64,000 bases of DNA from Paraphysomonas bandaiensis (lineage: Eukaryota > Protista > Chrysophyceae): the NCBI GenBank assembly GCA_965644295.1, contig CBFFRP010000199.1, positions 496,001 through 560,000 on the forward strand, read 5' to 3'. The number at the start of each line of letters is the position of its first letter. The stretch's first letter is position 1. Under the pieces are notes generated by a model. That model was given only the letters and a program-made list of their open reading frames with translations. It ran no database searches and was not told where the DNA came from. The translations under genes and the position numbers were made by a program. Shown piece by piece: positions 1 to 12,450 of this stretch.

Positions 1-2413
1 TTGAGCACAAGGAAGTACATATTATATAGCCGAACCTTGATAACGGCCTCCTTGCACCCTTTACTAGCTTCGTTCTTTGAGAAGGGTCGTACTCGAACGT
101 AAACTCGTATTTTACCTTCACATTTTACACCCCTTAGATTAAGCCGCATCACATTATCAAACTTCACCTTTCATATCCTCAAGCTCATTATGAAGCTTCT
201 TGCGTGCAGCTTGTTCTCTACCGAGATCTCTATGCAATTGTGCGTTAAACTTCTGCACATTTCTGGCTTCTTCAATCTCTTCCTGTAAAGTGCATAAATA
301 AGACAAAATCACGAATTAAGAGTAATTTCTTGCCATCATTGCGCGCTGTGCTTCCTCTGATGCTTCAGCACGCTCTTCTGCTTCAGCACTCTTCTTCTTA
401 TAGGACTCAGCCAGTGAGTGTGCGTTGGAAAGCTCCTCGGCAAACTTCGACTGCTTGTCTGCCATTTCGCTGAAAATACGAGTTGGAATTCAATAAACAC
501 AATAATTCAAACGTCATACTTGGTTAGCTCATCTCGCTCAGCATCTCGTTGTTTCTTATATACGCTCATTCGATCCTCGAACTCTCGAGTTAAGCGATGA
601 ATCTCCGATTTGGCCTCATTCAAATCAGACTACACACCGTTCACATTTATACCCGATGCTACGTACAGATCGTTATGAGAACGCACCTGGTACTTTGCCT
701 TGCTTTCATTCATCTTATCCTCTAGACTCTTCAATTCCGCGATATGACGCATCTCCATTTCCTGACTCTGTCGCGCTCTCTCTTCCGCTGCACTCTGTGC
801 CTGTGCAACTTTGTCGGCATGACCTGATTCCAGGTTTGCAAGAGTGTCCTGCATCAAGATTACGATACAAGTGCAAGATGACTACTTTGAAACCTGTAGG
901 CTTTTTAATTTCTCTTCTTCACGAGTAAGAGCGGATTTCGTCTGTTGAAGTTCTCCTTTCAGTTCTGAGTTCTCTTGCTCGATGCGATTCATAATCTCTT
1001 GTGACTCTTTCATCGCCTCACCGCCTGACATCATCGCACCTTCAAGGCGTCGCTTCAGCTCAGCCATCTCACTCTATATTGAAACATTGTGAATGTTACT
1101 AGATGTATGCACTGTTAAAATACCTCCATCCGCTCCTTCTCCCTCTGGTGGAATTGCATCTCTGACTCCAACTTGGCGAGTTTCCCATCTTTCTCTGCGA
1201 TAACTCCCCTGAATTCTTTGCGCTCTTTTTCGAGTGTATCATCTGCCTGCATTTTTGCCTCTGCCAAGAGCTTTTTCATGGCATTGCTGTCCACAGAAGC
1301 ATTGTTATTAGGATTGATGAATGACGGAGCGGACTGTAGCTGCCCAGGTTGTTTACTTGAAAGTTTCTCACTCGCTGGTGGGGGAGTCGAAGTGTCTACC
1401 CCTGGAGCCGTTCCTCCCAGTAAATCATTAGTGCTCTCTACCCGTATAACTGCTCCATAGCCATCGTCGTTATCAGTCTGTTTCGTCTCCGCGGCTCTCC
1501 GGCGTAGGTAATCACTTTCCCACAAGCACTCACCGTTAGTGGTGTTCATATAATACTTTCCGCCTGTTGTCGGGTCAACGTTTTCGGCCCACTCATCATT
1601 TTCCATGTCGCGGATGGACTGCTGGCTTGTAATAGCTGTCTTTGAGGGGGTCGGAATTGCATCGTTCTTACCGAAGAAGAGACCCCCACCTCCGCGAGAA
1701 GCGGCGAAACCTCCTGGTCCTTGACTGGCTGTCATGAGCATTTTCTTTTGTAGAAAAACAGCACATTCATGCATTCCCGCCTCCCTTGCGTAGTCTACTG
1801 CTGTATAATTGTAGTAGTCATGTGTTCCCACATGAGCCCCGTATGATATAAGCATCTTACAGAAATCCACATCACCGGTACCCGCACAATAGTGCAAGGG
1901 TGTACACCCATACGTTGTCTCATTCACTTCAGGATTCGCACCATTTTGAAGTAACAACTTCGCAATATTCTTAGACATAGATTCTTTATAGCACGCGAAA
2001 TGTAAGCAGCTAGCACCAGATGAATTGAGAGCATTGGGATCAGCCCCTTTGTTCAACATTATTCGAACTAGTGCTTCACATCGATATTGGCAAGCCAGTA
2101 AAAGAAGTGTATTGCCATATTCATCACGCTGATCAATATCTTCAACACTCAAAGCGGATAAGGAAGATCTCACAATACTATCATTAGATGCATCACCTTG
2201 CCCGTAATAAGGGATAAACTGAAACAGTATTTCCATCGTATCAGAGTCGTCATCCGCATCTACCGTATCACTCTTTCGAGCAAACGATTTTCTTGAAACA
2301 GGTGGGGTTTCGGGTTCATTTGGAGAGTCCGAGTCTTTAGAAGGTTGTGCTGCGACAGGCTCAGAGCCGGCTGATGGGACTGTGCCTGGCTCGATAGAGG
2401 CACCGTTTCCCAT
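1..2413 (-). CDS. Kinesin-14-like protein with N-terminal MG..S motif, ankyrin repeats, WW domain and coiled coil; multi-exon, motor runs off the window start
   Basis: ORF 1115-2413 has MGNGAS, ankyrin repeats (GNTLLLLAC, GASCLHFAC, GCTPLHYCA) and WW (WAENVDPTTGGKYYMNTTNGECLWE). Downstream exons are coiled coil, then RKKLHNELEDMKG|KIRVYVRVRPF, the kinesin-14 neck and motor start, at ~200-75. Confidence 0.9.
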
Positions 2414-2839
2414 TCAAATGATATCAATACAATGCGAGTAACAATGATACAGCTTCACTGTAAGATTTTGACTAAACAACGGCTGTGACAGGAGTCTGAA
2501 GTCGCTGATGTGTACTGAGAGAGGAGAGGAGAGGATGCTGTCAACGAGATGATGCCCTGCGGTCCGTTTCTCCTATACACACCTACTCTGTACATGCATG
2601 TATACACACATACACTGCTGTACACACCGCATACACAGTGTTTCACAGCAGTGCAGGTATACAGCAGTATGCACAGCACTGTAGTACCAAAATATGTGGA
2701 GTTTTTAGCTGGAAACTGCCTCGCTCTGAATCTGACTGCTATGCTGCAGATCCAGAGATCCGTTCAGATGGCACTGATACTGATATGTGCTGAGCGCCTG
2801 TGATCACTTGAAAGCATGATATCCTCTCACAAGCATTAA

Positions 2840-3595
2840 ATGCATAGTATAGGCACGAAGCATTTGCATCGCATTCGTTGTCATTCGCATTCGTCATTAC
2901 TCGCACGGCGTTATATGTCAGCCTCTAGCACCGATGATGAGGACGGGAGAGGAGCGCATAAACACATCAATGAAGATTTGGTTCCAATCATGGATCGCCT
3001 TCACGCCTCCATATTCCAAATTAGGAATATTAGAGGGAACAATTACGTTCAATTGGCCACTGTGAGTGAGGACGGATTGCCAACCTGCCGAACTGTTGTG
3101 TTTCGAGGGTTCCTGCACCATGACACGTCATTGTTCGGGGCGTCATCTAGCATGCAGTTTATCACGGATAGCCGTAGTAATAAAGTTGCACATTTGAAAC
3201 ATCATCCTGCTGGCGAGGTAGTGTGGTGGATGCCGTCAATTTCAGAGCAGTTCAGAATATCTGGATCTCTAACAGCTATCAGTGCACAACATTCAGATAA
3301 AAGCATGGTGGCCGCTCGCTTGGATATATGGCACACACTAAGTGCGCAGGCAAAACAGCAATTTTTTTGGAACGATCCTGGTCGCCCTTATTTGGAACCT
3401 CCAGTCGCTGTCAGCAGTACCGACTGTGCAATGGTACCTCCACCGGAGAATTTTTTGCTGCTTTTACTTCTTCCGCATAGATTACATTTCTTAAGGCTCA
3501 AAGATAACTATGCACAACAAGATGAACGACGAACGTTGAGTGACATTCAAAGCAGTAGTGGACATCGCTGGCAGTGCTGTCGAGTTAACCCTTAA
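2840..3595 (+). CDS. Pyridoxamine 5'-phosphate oxidase-family FMN-binding protein, possible mitochondrial presequence
   Basis: Motifs QLATV..DGLPTCRTVVFRGF, FITDSRSNKV, EQFRISG, PPENF, C-terminal RVNP. Confidence 0.85.
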   Translation: MHSIGTKHLHRIRCHSHSSLLARRYMSASSTDDEDGRGAHKHINEDLVPIMDRLHASIFQIRNIRGNNYVQLATVSEDGLPTCRTVVFRGFLHHDTSLFGASSSMQFITDSRSNKVAHLKHHPAGEVVWWMPSISEQFRISGSLTAISAQHSDKSMVAARLDIWHTLSAQAKQQFFWNDPGRPYLEPPVAVSSTDCAMVPPPENFLLLLLLPHRLHFLRLKDNYAQQDERRTLSDIQSSSGHRWQCCRVNP

Positions 3596-4308
3596 ATGGA
3601 AGAGACACTGTGTGCAACAATATAATAGACATGCATACTTTGATATCGTTCAATTCGCAGTGAATAAATTGTATTTATGTCATGATGCATGTGGAGTTTG
3701 TTAGAAATTTGGCGTTCTCAGTCCTTACCAATTGTTGATGATCAATCACTTTCAAAATTAGATCAATGAATGATGCACCAGTTTAGTGAATGATATATAT
3801 AGCTGTTGTACATATTTACAAGCTATCATAATATTTGAACTCTGAGAGCTTGTTTCCATTACAGCGTAGTATGAGGAAACCGAATTAGTGAAATAAGTAA
3901 CTCCCCGAGTATGCCTCAGCGGCTAAAGAATGGATGACGCAATACATGACGAGGTGTTTATTGTTTATCGGTGTTGAAATTGACAAGTACACTTGAATAA
4001 AATAGTAGTGAATGTCTGAAACTGTTATTTCGGCAAAAAAATAGATATATTATTATTGCAAAGATATTAGTAGGTCACACACCATAGCAGATTGTCGCTA
4101 TCATGAGTTATGTAAAAGTGAGATACCAAAAAAGCAATAAAAATAAGCTGTACTCATGAACAAATCATTCGGAATGCACATCTCCACATTTAAAAAACTA
4201 CAATACTTTGAAATTCAATAGTAAGAATTCACGGCAAAGTATATACCACGATTAGTATCTATTTGGGCTCGACTAGCAAATATGCTTTAAATTAAGCTTG
4301 ACTTGTTT

Positions 4309-5979
4309 TCATCTCTTCTTCTCTCGCCAGCTTATGGATTCCTTTGTCTGAAAAAAGTAAAACTAAAAACATATATACGATGTGAATATACCAATAGACT
4401 TTCTTCTTGTTGAGCTTGCTTGAAATATTCCAATGCGGCAGTGTGACGTGATTTCAATGTTGATAAGATGGCAGATATCGGTATATTAGCCGATGTTTTA
4501 CTCGTCTTTCTCGTTACATCCACCTAAACTCAAAAAAGTTGGATGTGCTGGAAATTTACATGCGTTGGTGTACCAGCAAGTCATCGATGTCATCATACGT
4601 TGCATCTTTCACTACTTCTTTCATTACTTCCACAAATTTATCTACAGTTTGGGGTAAAGAAGACCTCCACTAGCACGTATCATTCCGTAATACCTGCTGG
4701 TATATTTTTGCTCCTACTGGGAGTCGCCGCCACCAAAGCTGCTTGAAATGCTGCTGGTTGTAATCTACAATTGCATAAACAACTATTACTCAGAAACAAG
4801 AAAAGATGCTGAAAGGGAAATGCCTACGTGTAAATAGATGTGATACTATCCAGCTCTGCTTTCTGCATAAGCTCATTGATTTTACTATTCCGTGCTTCTA
4901 TCCGATTGGCAAGTTCACCCTCAGCAGCCAGTTTCTGCCTCTCAATAGCCAGCTGCTTCTCCGCTCTAAGTGCAGAACTCACGCGTTGTTCCAGATATTC
5001 AAGGAAAAGGTTTATATCCAATGTAGCAGTCGTTGTGGGTAGCTTGGCTTGATAATCAGACTACAAGTATGGCCCATTACGGAAAATTCTCATCACAAAT
5101 ACATACCAGTGTGCTTTCAATATCATCTTCAGTGGAACCCACCACGTGTGAATGGAGCACAGTCGCCAAATCAACTGTGATAAGTGCGTTATATACAAGA
5201 AACAGCGTACTCTATAGTAAAAATGACCTGTTGATAGGGAGTTAAATGCATCTTCGCTGGCAGCATGGAGCTTCTTGGCGAAGGACACAGGGTCCTCTTT
5301 GTACGAGATTGTCACGCGATCAAGCTGCGTTTGCTTTCGTAGATTATTTACTGCAGCAGTGCGGGACAAAACTGTATTCTTTGCTGTCTGCAGCATGTAA
5401 GAATAGGCAACATAACTAGAACAATACCTTTATAGCTCTTTCCCTCGTGCTTAAACTCTCATTAAAGCATTCTGACTGTATCTCAAGCAATTTATTCATC
5501 TGTATATCCAACGCACTGTTCCAATGTAAATAATCACAATATTATTCTAACAAAACAACTGATTTTCTTACTCTATAACACTTTGTATCGAACAATCCCC
5601 TGCTGAAAAGTCGATAACGCATATGAAGTCATCTATATCCTTTTCAGGTACTACACATGGTTATCAGAATGAATCAAAATAAAGTTATGTATGTAGAACC
5701 TTTTGCATTACTGCACACCTCTTGTAGAAGTTGTTTGAGAGTATTACGTGTGTGGAGTGAACCCATGCCGCTGGATTTTCTCTTGAGTTCGCTTTCAAAT
5801 GTTGAGGGGTCCCTCGCATAGGTCATAATCAAGTTACGTGATGGCACTATATATCCAGTAGGAGATTTCTCCCCCTGGTTTTCTGTTTTCGCAGAGGAGA
5901 CGGGAGTGTGACTCGGAGAATGAAAGGTCGTATCCAACTGTAACGGAGAAGGAGCAGCCACCGAACCACTAGCGCCCAT
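4309..5979 (-). CDS. Multi-exon protein of unknown function (MGASGS N-terminus, coiled-coil segments); boundaries approximate
   Basis: Chain of minus-strand ORFs (5674-5988, 5061-5396, 4824-5021, 4332-4523) separated by short GT..AG introns. Confidence 0.6.
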
Positions 5980-6573
5980 ATCTATCAATCAGTCAACCGA
6001 ACCCTCTCATGATATCATTAATCAAAACATCATTAGATATGAAGTACTTTCAACATCACTGAGACTGTTATAACAGGTCTGATGATGTGTTCTCTGCTCT
6101 GTCTATCTAGCAACAGTATCAAGGGTGGCCGGAGGGCTCACAGGAACACTGCCACTGGACTGTTACAGCACTGTATCATACTGAGAGTACAGCAGTACAG
6201 CACCATATGCTGATACACATATGTACACACACATAGACGTACTGCTGTATTTGTAGAGGAGTACGGAATCCAGTACCTGTAGGGGAACCATCCGTATGAG
6301 CACCACACTGACGATGACGGCACTGTATACCTTGTATAGTATACGGCAGGTAATACGGTGAGCTCGCACACACACACCAACAGATGCACCATGATGATGA
6401 TGGATATGACCGTTGATGTTTGCTCACATGCACGTGCTCATGGGTGCTGCTGTACAGTGCTGTGCTCTGTGCTGCATATATACACACACCAAAACATATC
6501 ACTCTTTACTATTCATCTCAGTGAGCGACTGATCATATATTATTTGCAGGATACAATAGAGTCAAGTTGCTCA

Positions 6574-8820
6574 ATGAAAATGACACGCGCTTCGATGGAC
6601 GAAGAGAATATTGCAGATTTAACGAGCATAATCGCTGAGTTCCCAGAAGGTGACGACGACCCGAAACGATTACCAATCAAAAAACTACAAATGACATTTG
6701 ACGATATGGCCAAAGGAAACAAAGACGACGGGTGTATGAAAGTTTATATCAGAGTCCGCCCCATTGCAGCTAAAATTGAAAGCACTGTTCGAGTTGCGTC
6801 TGATACGAGAATAGTCACAAGTGCACCAGAGGTGTCTCGCAGAGCCCAATACACTCGCACTGAAGAGCGACACTATTCCTTTCATCGTGTCTTTGGTCCA
6901 ACCACAGCTCAGTCAGATGTATTCGATAAAGCTGTTCTTCCTTTAGTAACTAGATTTATCAACGGCGAGAGTTGCATCCTCTTCGCTTATGGAATTACCA
7001 ATGCTGGCAAAACGCACACAATTCAAGGAACTCCACAAGACCCAGGAATACTACCCCGATTAGTAAACAAGCTATTAGAAGAGCTTTCACCTTCAGATAA
7101 AGCAGATATAACTTTATCTATGTTTGAAATATATCAGGAGAAGTTATTCGACCTTTTGTCGAAGCGTACCAAATTGTCTGTCCGTGATAGAAATGGCCAG
7201 GTTGAGATCAACAACTTATCTCATCATCCTGTGACTTCATCAAAAGAGGCTCACAAACTTATAACTAAAGGGTCATCAAAGCGGTTCGTAGTGTAATGGG
7301 ATACATATTTTTACTGACAAGTTCACTGTTCAGATCCAATGGACATACCTTGTTGAACTCAGGGTCAAGTCGGTCGCACGCCATCTACACCATTTCACTA
7401 CGAGGACAGGAGTTTCAGATTATTGATTTAGCTGGTGCAGAGAGAAAGTATGTCTTGACTGTTCTATTCGTATATATTCACACGTGTTTGTTAGCTCTCG
7501 TACGAAAGCATCCGGGGCACAAGCGAAGGAGGCGAACAATATCAACATGTCCCTCATGCAGCTGTGGCGATGTCTTCAAGGGCTCAAGAAAAGGGTAATT
7601 TTATTATCTATGAGGTCCATATACTGTCTCAAGCGTTTATATATGTGCAGACGAGTGACTCTCAGGAAACAATCCCCTGTCGTGAGTCAAAGTTGACTCA
7701 CGTGCTTATGAGTCGTCTCTACAGCATCGGTACAGCTGGTATTGCGATGATCGCCTGTATAAATCCATCAGATAGTGATTACGACGAGACTCTTTCAGTA
7801 CTCGGTAATGCATCTCTCGCTTGTGATATCAAAGAGGTTGCACCAATGGCACGACTGCAACAGCAAAGGAGTTCTGTGCTCGCTGCACCTGAGAGACCTG
7901 TAAGCCGTAAGCGCGATGCCAGTGGGATGCAGCGCAAGTCTTCTGTAGTTGGTGCGGTGGCGGAAGCTCAGGCGGCTCGAGCGGAAGCACAGCAAGCAGT
8001 AAAAGCTAAAGCTGCTCAGGAAGAAGAGTTGATGAATCTTCAAGAGAAAATTGCTTTGTTGGAGGCGGAAAACGCTGAGTTGACAAGAGGACAAGTGCTA
8101 AGAGAGCAAGAGATCAGGGAAGAAGTCTGTGGAGAAATGGCGGAGAGAAGCTCGTCACTACTAGAACGAATTAAGGAGCTTCAGGATGAGCTATATGATT
8201 TAAAGAACGATCGTTCTGATCTACACAAGTCAGTCAAGAAAGCGAAGCGGATGCACAGCTTACGCACACAGGAAGTCACCACTAGAGATTTGCAGGAAGC
8301 AGAGGAAGAGTTGGAAAGTACAAGGACTGCCTATGAGAAGGAAATTAAGAGCCTTAAAAACGAAATCCGAGCACTGAGAGCGGAGGCATCGGACTGGAAG
8401 AAGAAGGCTGAGACAGCAATGAGGCAGCTTGCTAGAAGGGATACGGAGTCATCAACTACTAGCCAAGGATCTGCGTGTTCAAATAATGAAAATGATGTGG
8501 CCAATTCCGTGGCTGAGAGTTTCGACAAAAGGTTTAATAAGCATCGAAAGCCGGCAGAAATGAGTCCTAAGTTTGGATCAAAGAAACACGAGCAGAAGAG
8601 AGAACCTCTTAGTCCTGTATCCCCCAATGTGTCTTCTGGAGAGGATTCGGTGTCCAGTAACAAAAGCAGAAAGATACCAAAGATGCGACCCAGACCACAG
8701 TCGCCTTATAGAGAGAGTGATGCTCCCCCAATAGCCCCTCCTCAGCGTGAAATGATTGTTGGTTCCGGTCCCTTTTATCCGACACGTTCTCTGAGATCAC
8801 AGTCACAGTTGAGAGTTTAG
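6574..8820 (+). CDS. Kinesin-6 (MKLP/KIF20-like), 3 short introns
   Basis: Motifs KVYIRVRP, AYGITNAGKTHT (kinesin-6-type P-loop), EIYQE, SSRSH, DLAGAER, PCRESKLT, followed by a coiled-coil tail. Confidence 0.88.
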
Positions 8821-9351
8821 TTCTGTGGAAGCCATCTACATCTCTCCCACCTTTTGTGACATGTTGTCGTGTGTAAGCACCAGGATGCCCTCTATTGTTT
8901 GAAAAGAAGGCTGCGACTGAAGCTGAATGATATGTATGTATGCCCACAGTCCTGGTTCTACTAAAATATTGTTCTGTGTTGCTATTGTGCGCCACCCAGC
9001 GTGACTATAAAATAATATTGATAACTACAGCAAAGTCTATAGCAAAGTTTGTTAAGTTGGTTGTGCAAACTTAATGCGTTAAATTTTCAGTATAATAACA
9101 ATATAAACTTACAAAGAAAATTGCTACGGTTATTGCTGCAGTTTATAATTTCAACGGTAACCACTAACAAAAAGAAACTGCGAGAGAAAGAACGAATTAA
9201 TACAATACTTAATGCATTATGATGATACGTCATCATAAGTATCTTCAACAGATACAATCATTAATTCAGTTCATGATGAATTTCATTGAACATTATATCA
9301 CATATACTGTCTTATATAAAGTTGAATCCTAATACAGTTAACAGTACGCAA

Positions 9352-9465
9352 CAGAGCCTGGTAACTGTTAATGGTAATGGCATTAATGGCCATTAATGGT
9401 AATGCCATTATAATTGCCGGGAACGGGACTACCATTAATGGGCTATTAGCGGTTACCAGGCCCTG
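9352..9465 (-). mobile_element. 114-bp hAT MITE derived from the family at 62281-63686
   Basis: TIRs CAGAGCCTGGTAAC/GTTACCAGGCCCTG; perfect 8-bp TSD GTACGCAA (9344-9351, 9466-9473); sequence matches the fused termini of the 62281 element. Confidence 0.9.
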
Positions 9466-10425
9466 GTACGCAATAGGTGAGACCAAATCATAGCAGTTAC
9501 GAAGGAAGTAAATTCAGCTATTGATGTAGATCTATATAGGATATTTCTGGACGTGTAATATACTGATGAACAGATAATAAACTTATATATTATGTAGAGT
9601 AGAACAGATGTTCACCAGGTGATATTAAGAAGCGCAAGCTTGTGCGTTGCCGCGACCAACCTAACAACTCGCGCGACACTAAGCATAACAGGGCTCTCAT
9701 CTATTGCATGCACCGGCAAGTGCCCAACTATACAACACGACTTAGTTAGCTACATGGGCATACGACGAGTTGCGTGTTTAATCCGGGTCATACGCACCTG
9801 CCCAATCTACTTGTCCTAACACAAACAACTTGCGGTCGGTGTCTTCGGCATATTATGTCTCCTGTATATGCGGCAGATCTTTAGGGCTCTCTTCAAGGTG
9901 GTGTTCACAGCAGCAGGTGGTCTGGAAGGGAGAATAAAGTAGCTCTATAGCACCGGGTCCTCCCACGGTCATGAAGCGGTCTCACTGGTGCAATTTTGCA
10001 CACTGACGCATGAAACAGACATCTACCAAAATCTGTTACAAATTCAAGCTGACTCCAATGTCTTCCCTCCATATTGTGTGCACTCGTCCAGCACATGCAT
10101 TCACCTTGCACTCTTCTCCCGAGTGACTTACACTAGTAGGAAACCGTGCACCTTCCCCGCTCGGATGAAAACCTACGAAGCAAGAATAACATAAAAGCAT
10201 CACAAATGTACCTGACACTGCTTGGAGAACAGTGCCAGAGCCTTGATATAATCTCAATGACCTGGGTCAGGAGAAACCAAGACTAGGCAGTATACGTGTA
10301 AGAAGACATGACAGGTCTAATCACATCATTGCCATTGCCATGCATCCATGAGGAAAGTTTGACGCATTACCTCGGTCATTGGCCACACAGATACCGAATA
10401 ATGTGAACTCATACTCAGCATCAAT

Positions 10426-10819
10426 CACTCAAAGCAAACGCAGGGAGCAAGCAGAAAGTTGATATACCTGACATCTGCTGACTTCAGGTTTTTTGAGTTC
10501 TTAAGGTGAACATCCCGGATGCTTAACTTCAGCAGGCAGCCCAATACCCCGGTTACCCTTCTGGTGGGCCCTGTCCCGGATGCCCTTTTGAGGTGGGCCC
10601 ATTTCCGGATGCCTGTTTATTCGTCAGGGCCCAAAGACGTCTACACAAGTGACACTTATTTGTGTCCCTTGTACCACACAAGCATTTGGCTATGAGTGGG
10701 CAGAACAATATATCTGCTGACTATATAATATGCGGCTCACGTTAGTTTCCTGGAGAAATATCTCCGGTGCTTATCCCCCAGAACACCACGAAAAGGTGCG
10801 AGTCCGACTTTGTTGAGGG
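10426..10819 (-). mobile_element. SINE-like repeat copy (head and body, tail missing)
   Basis: Reverse complement aligns to 57975-58270; 5' end at CCCTCAAC. Confidence 0.85.
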
Positions 10820-11184
10820 TATAGAGAGTAATAGTTAGCCGAATACAATAAGTTCTCTCATATAATAATTAGATCTTCATAATTGAGGGTTCACCAGGTG
10901 GTACATAAGATTTTGTAAATTGTTTAGATTAATATAATTTGTAATTGCGTTGTGAAAGTACTTTGCGTGCAACAAAGCGTAATATAGAAGCTAAACGTCA
11001 GTGATAATATATGTCTTATATTCTAACAGGTAGCAAGCAGTACATTGCATAAGAGTACACAAAGGGGGAAGTAAGGTGGTAAAGTTTGACAAGGTCATAA
11101 GACAGCCGAGTGCAAGAGTTAGTAGACGTATAAAGTTCAATTATCAGTAGAGTATGATGGCGCCATCACGTTGTATACAAGTAC

Positions 11185-12450
11185 TAGTAGCGAATGTCTG
11201 ATTACTAGTTGTAGGTGTGTAACAAATTTAGCTTTGCCTTCAACAAAGTCGGACTCACACCTTTTCGTAGTGTTCTGGGGGATAGGTACCGGAAATATTT
11301 CTTCGGGAAACTAACGTTAGCCGCAAATATATACCGCAGATAACGCTCTGCCTACTCATAGTGTCATTTGTGTAGACATCTTTGGACCTTCGAATAAACA
11401 GGCATCGGGAAATGGGCCCACCTGAAGGGCATCAAGTGTATCCGGGCTATTCACCTACTTATAAAAACAGAGAACAAAAGTGGTTACACCTTTGTGCTTT
11501 GCGATGCCGCACAAGCAGTATTCGTAGCGCCAAATAGTGGGATATCAGTGTTAAGAACTAGTTTAACTTTAGTTAAATTGTTTTGCTACATACATTAGTT
11601 CTGAATCTTAAAAGTATATTATTGCTACTAATCAGATGTTCACTTCTTAACGTTGCAATTTAATTAAGAAGTACTTACCTCTGATATCCTACTATATATT
11701 AGCGCTGCGAAAGCTGCTTGTGCGTCACCGCAAGCACCAAGGTGCAACCACTTTAGCTTTATTACTCAAAGCAAACGCAGTGAGCAACAGGCAGACTGTT
11801 GATATAACATCTGACATATTCAGCCCGGATTCTTGACTTCAACTTCAGCAGGCAGCTCATTACCCCGGTTACCTTCAGGTGGGCCCATTCCTGGATACGG
11901 GTTTATTCATCAGGGCCCAAAGACGTCTACTCAAGTGCCACTTATATTAGTGTCTCTTATATCACACAAGCATTTGGCTATGAGTGGGAAGAACGTTATC
12001 TGCTGACTATATTTGCGGCTCATCCGTTTTGTCATGTAATAATCAGACATTCTATTGAACTACAACCAACTCCTACGTGCGTACTTGAAGTTTGGTAGAG
12101 CCAATCGCTAGTAGCTATCCTGTATTCTATGTAGCAATGAAATACAGAATATACATGACTACACTATAGTAGGAGTAGCTATTACAAAGAAACTGAAAGT
12201 ATAGTAGCTGTTAAACATACGATTTGTAGAACAGAATGCTGATGTTGGTGAATGACGTGGTTCCTAAATCAACATCATAATTTTCACTATATATATCTCT
12301 AAACGTAATTCAGGAAATACTACACTCTTAAAAGCTTAACTTAATACATTCTTATTATATATTTGCGGTTCATGTTAGTTTCCGAGAGTAACCTCGCCGG
12401 TTCTTATTCCTCAGAACACCACGACAAGGAGCAAGTCCAACTTTGTTGTA
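11185..12450. mobile_element. Cluster of SINE-like copies: plus copy 11237-~11645, minus copy ~11650-12022, head fragment ~12361-12448, tail fragments ~11185-11220 and ~12036-12055
   Basis: Shared motifs CAACAAAGTCGGACTC, GTGGTT(G/A)CACCTT, AATAGTAGGATATCAG and TAATCAGACATTC. Confidence 0.8.
12055..12285. repeat. Dispersed ~230-bp repeat; second copy inverted at ~58515-58762
   Basis: AACTACAACCAACTCCTACGTGCGTACTTG...GACGTGGTTCCTAAATC matches the reverse complement of ~58515-58762. Confidence 0.8.

Noticed and set aside
6358-6573. Upstream ORF extensions of kinesin-6 (also of the BART and GT25 ORFs) and many antisense ORFs in the track
   Set aside because: These translate the low-complexity promoter signature or are shadows of real genes on the opposite strand.
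9600-10400. Coding-like decayed sequence
   Set aside because: Multiple stops and no recognisable motif; cannot be assigned.
10595-10645. Hammerhead-like CTGACGA...GAAA in the SINE body (minus strand)
   Set aside because: No stem II can form, and GAAA/CTGANGA are not conserved in the other copies.
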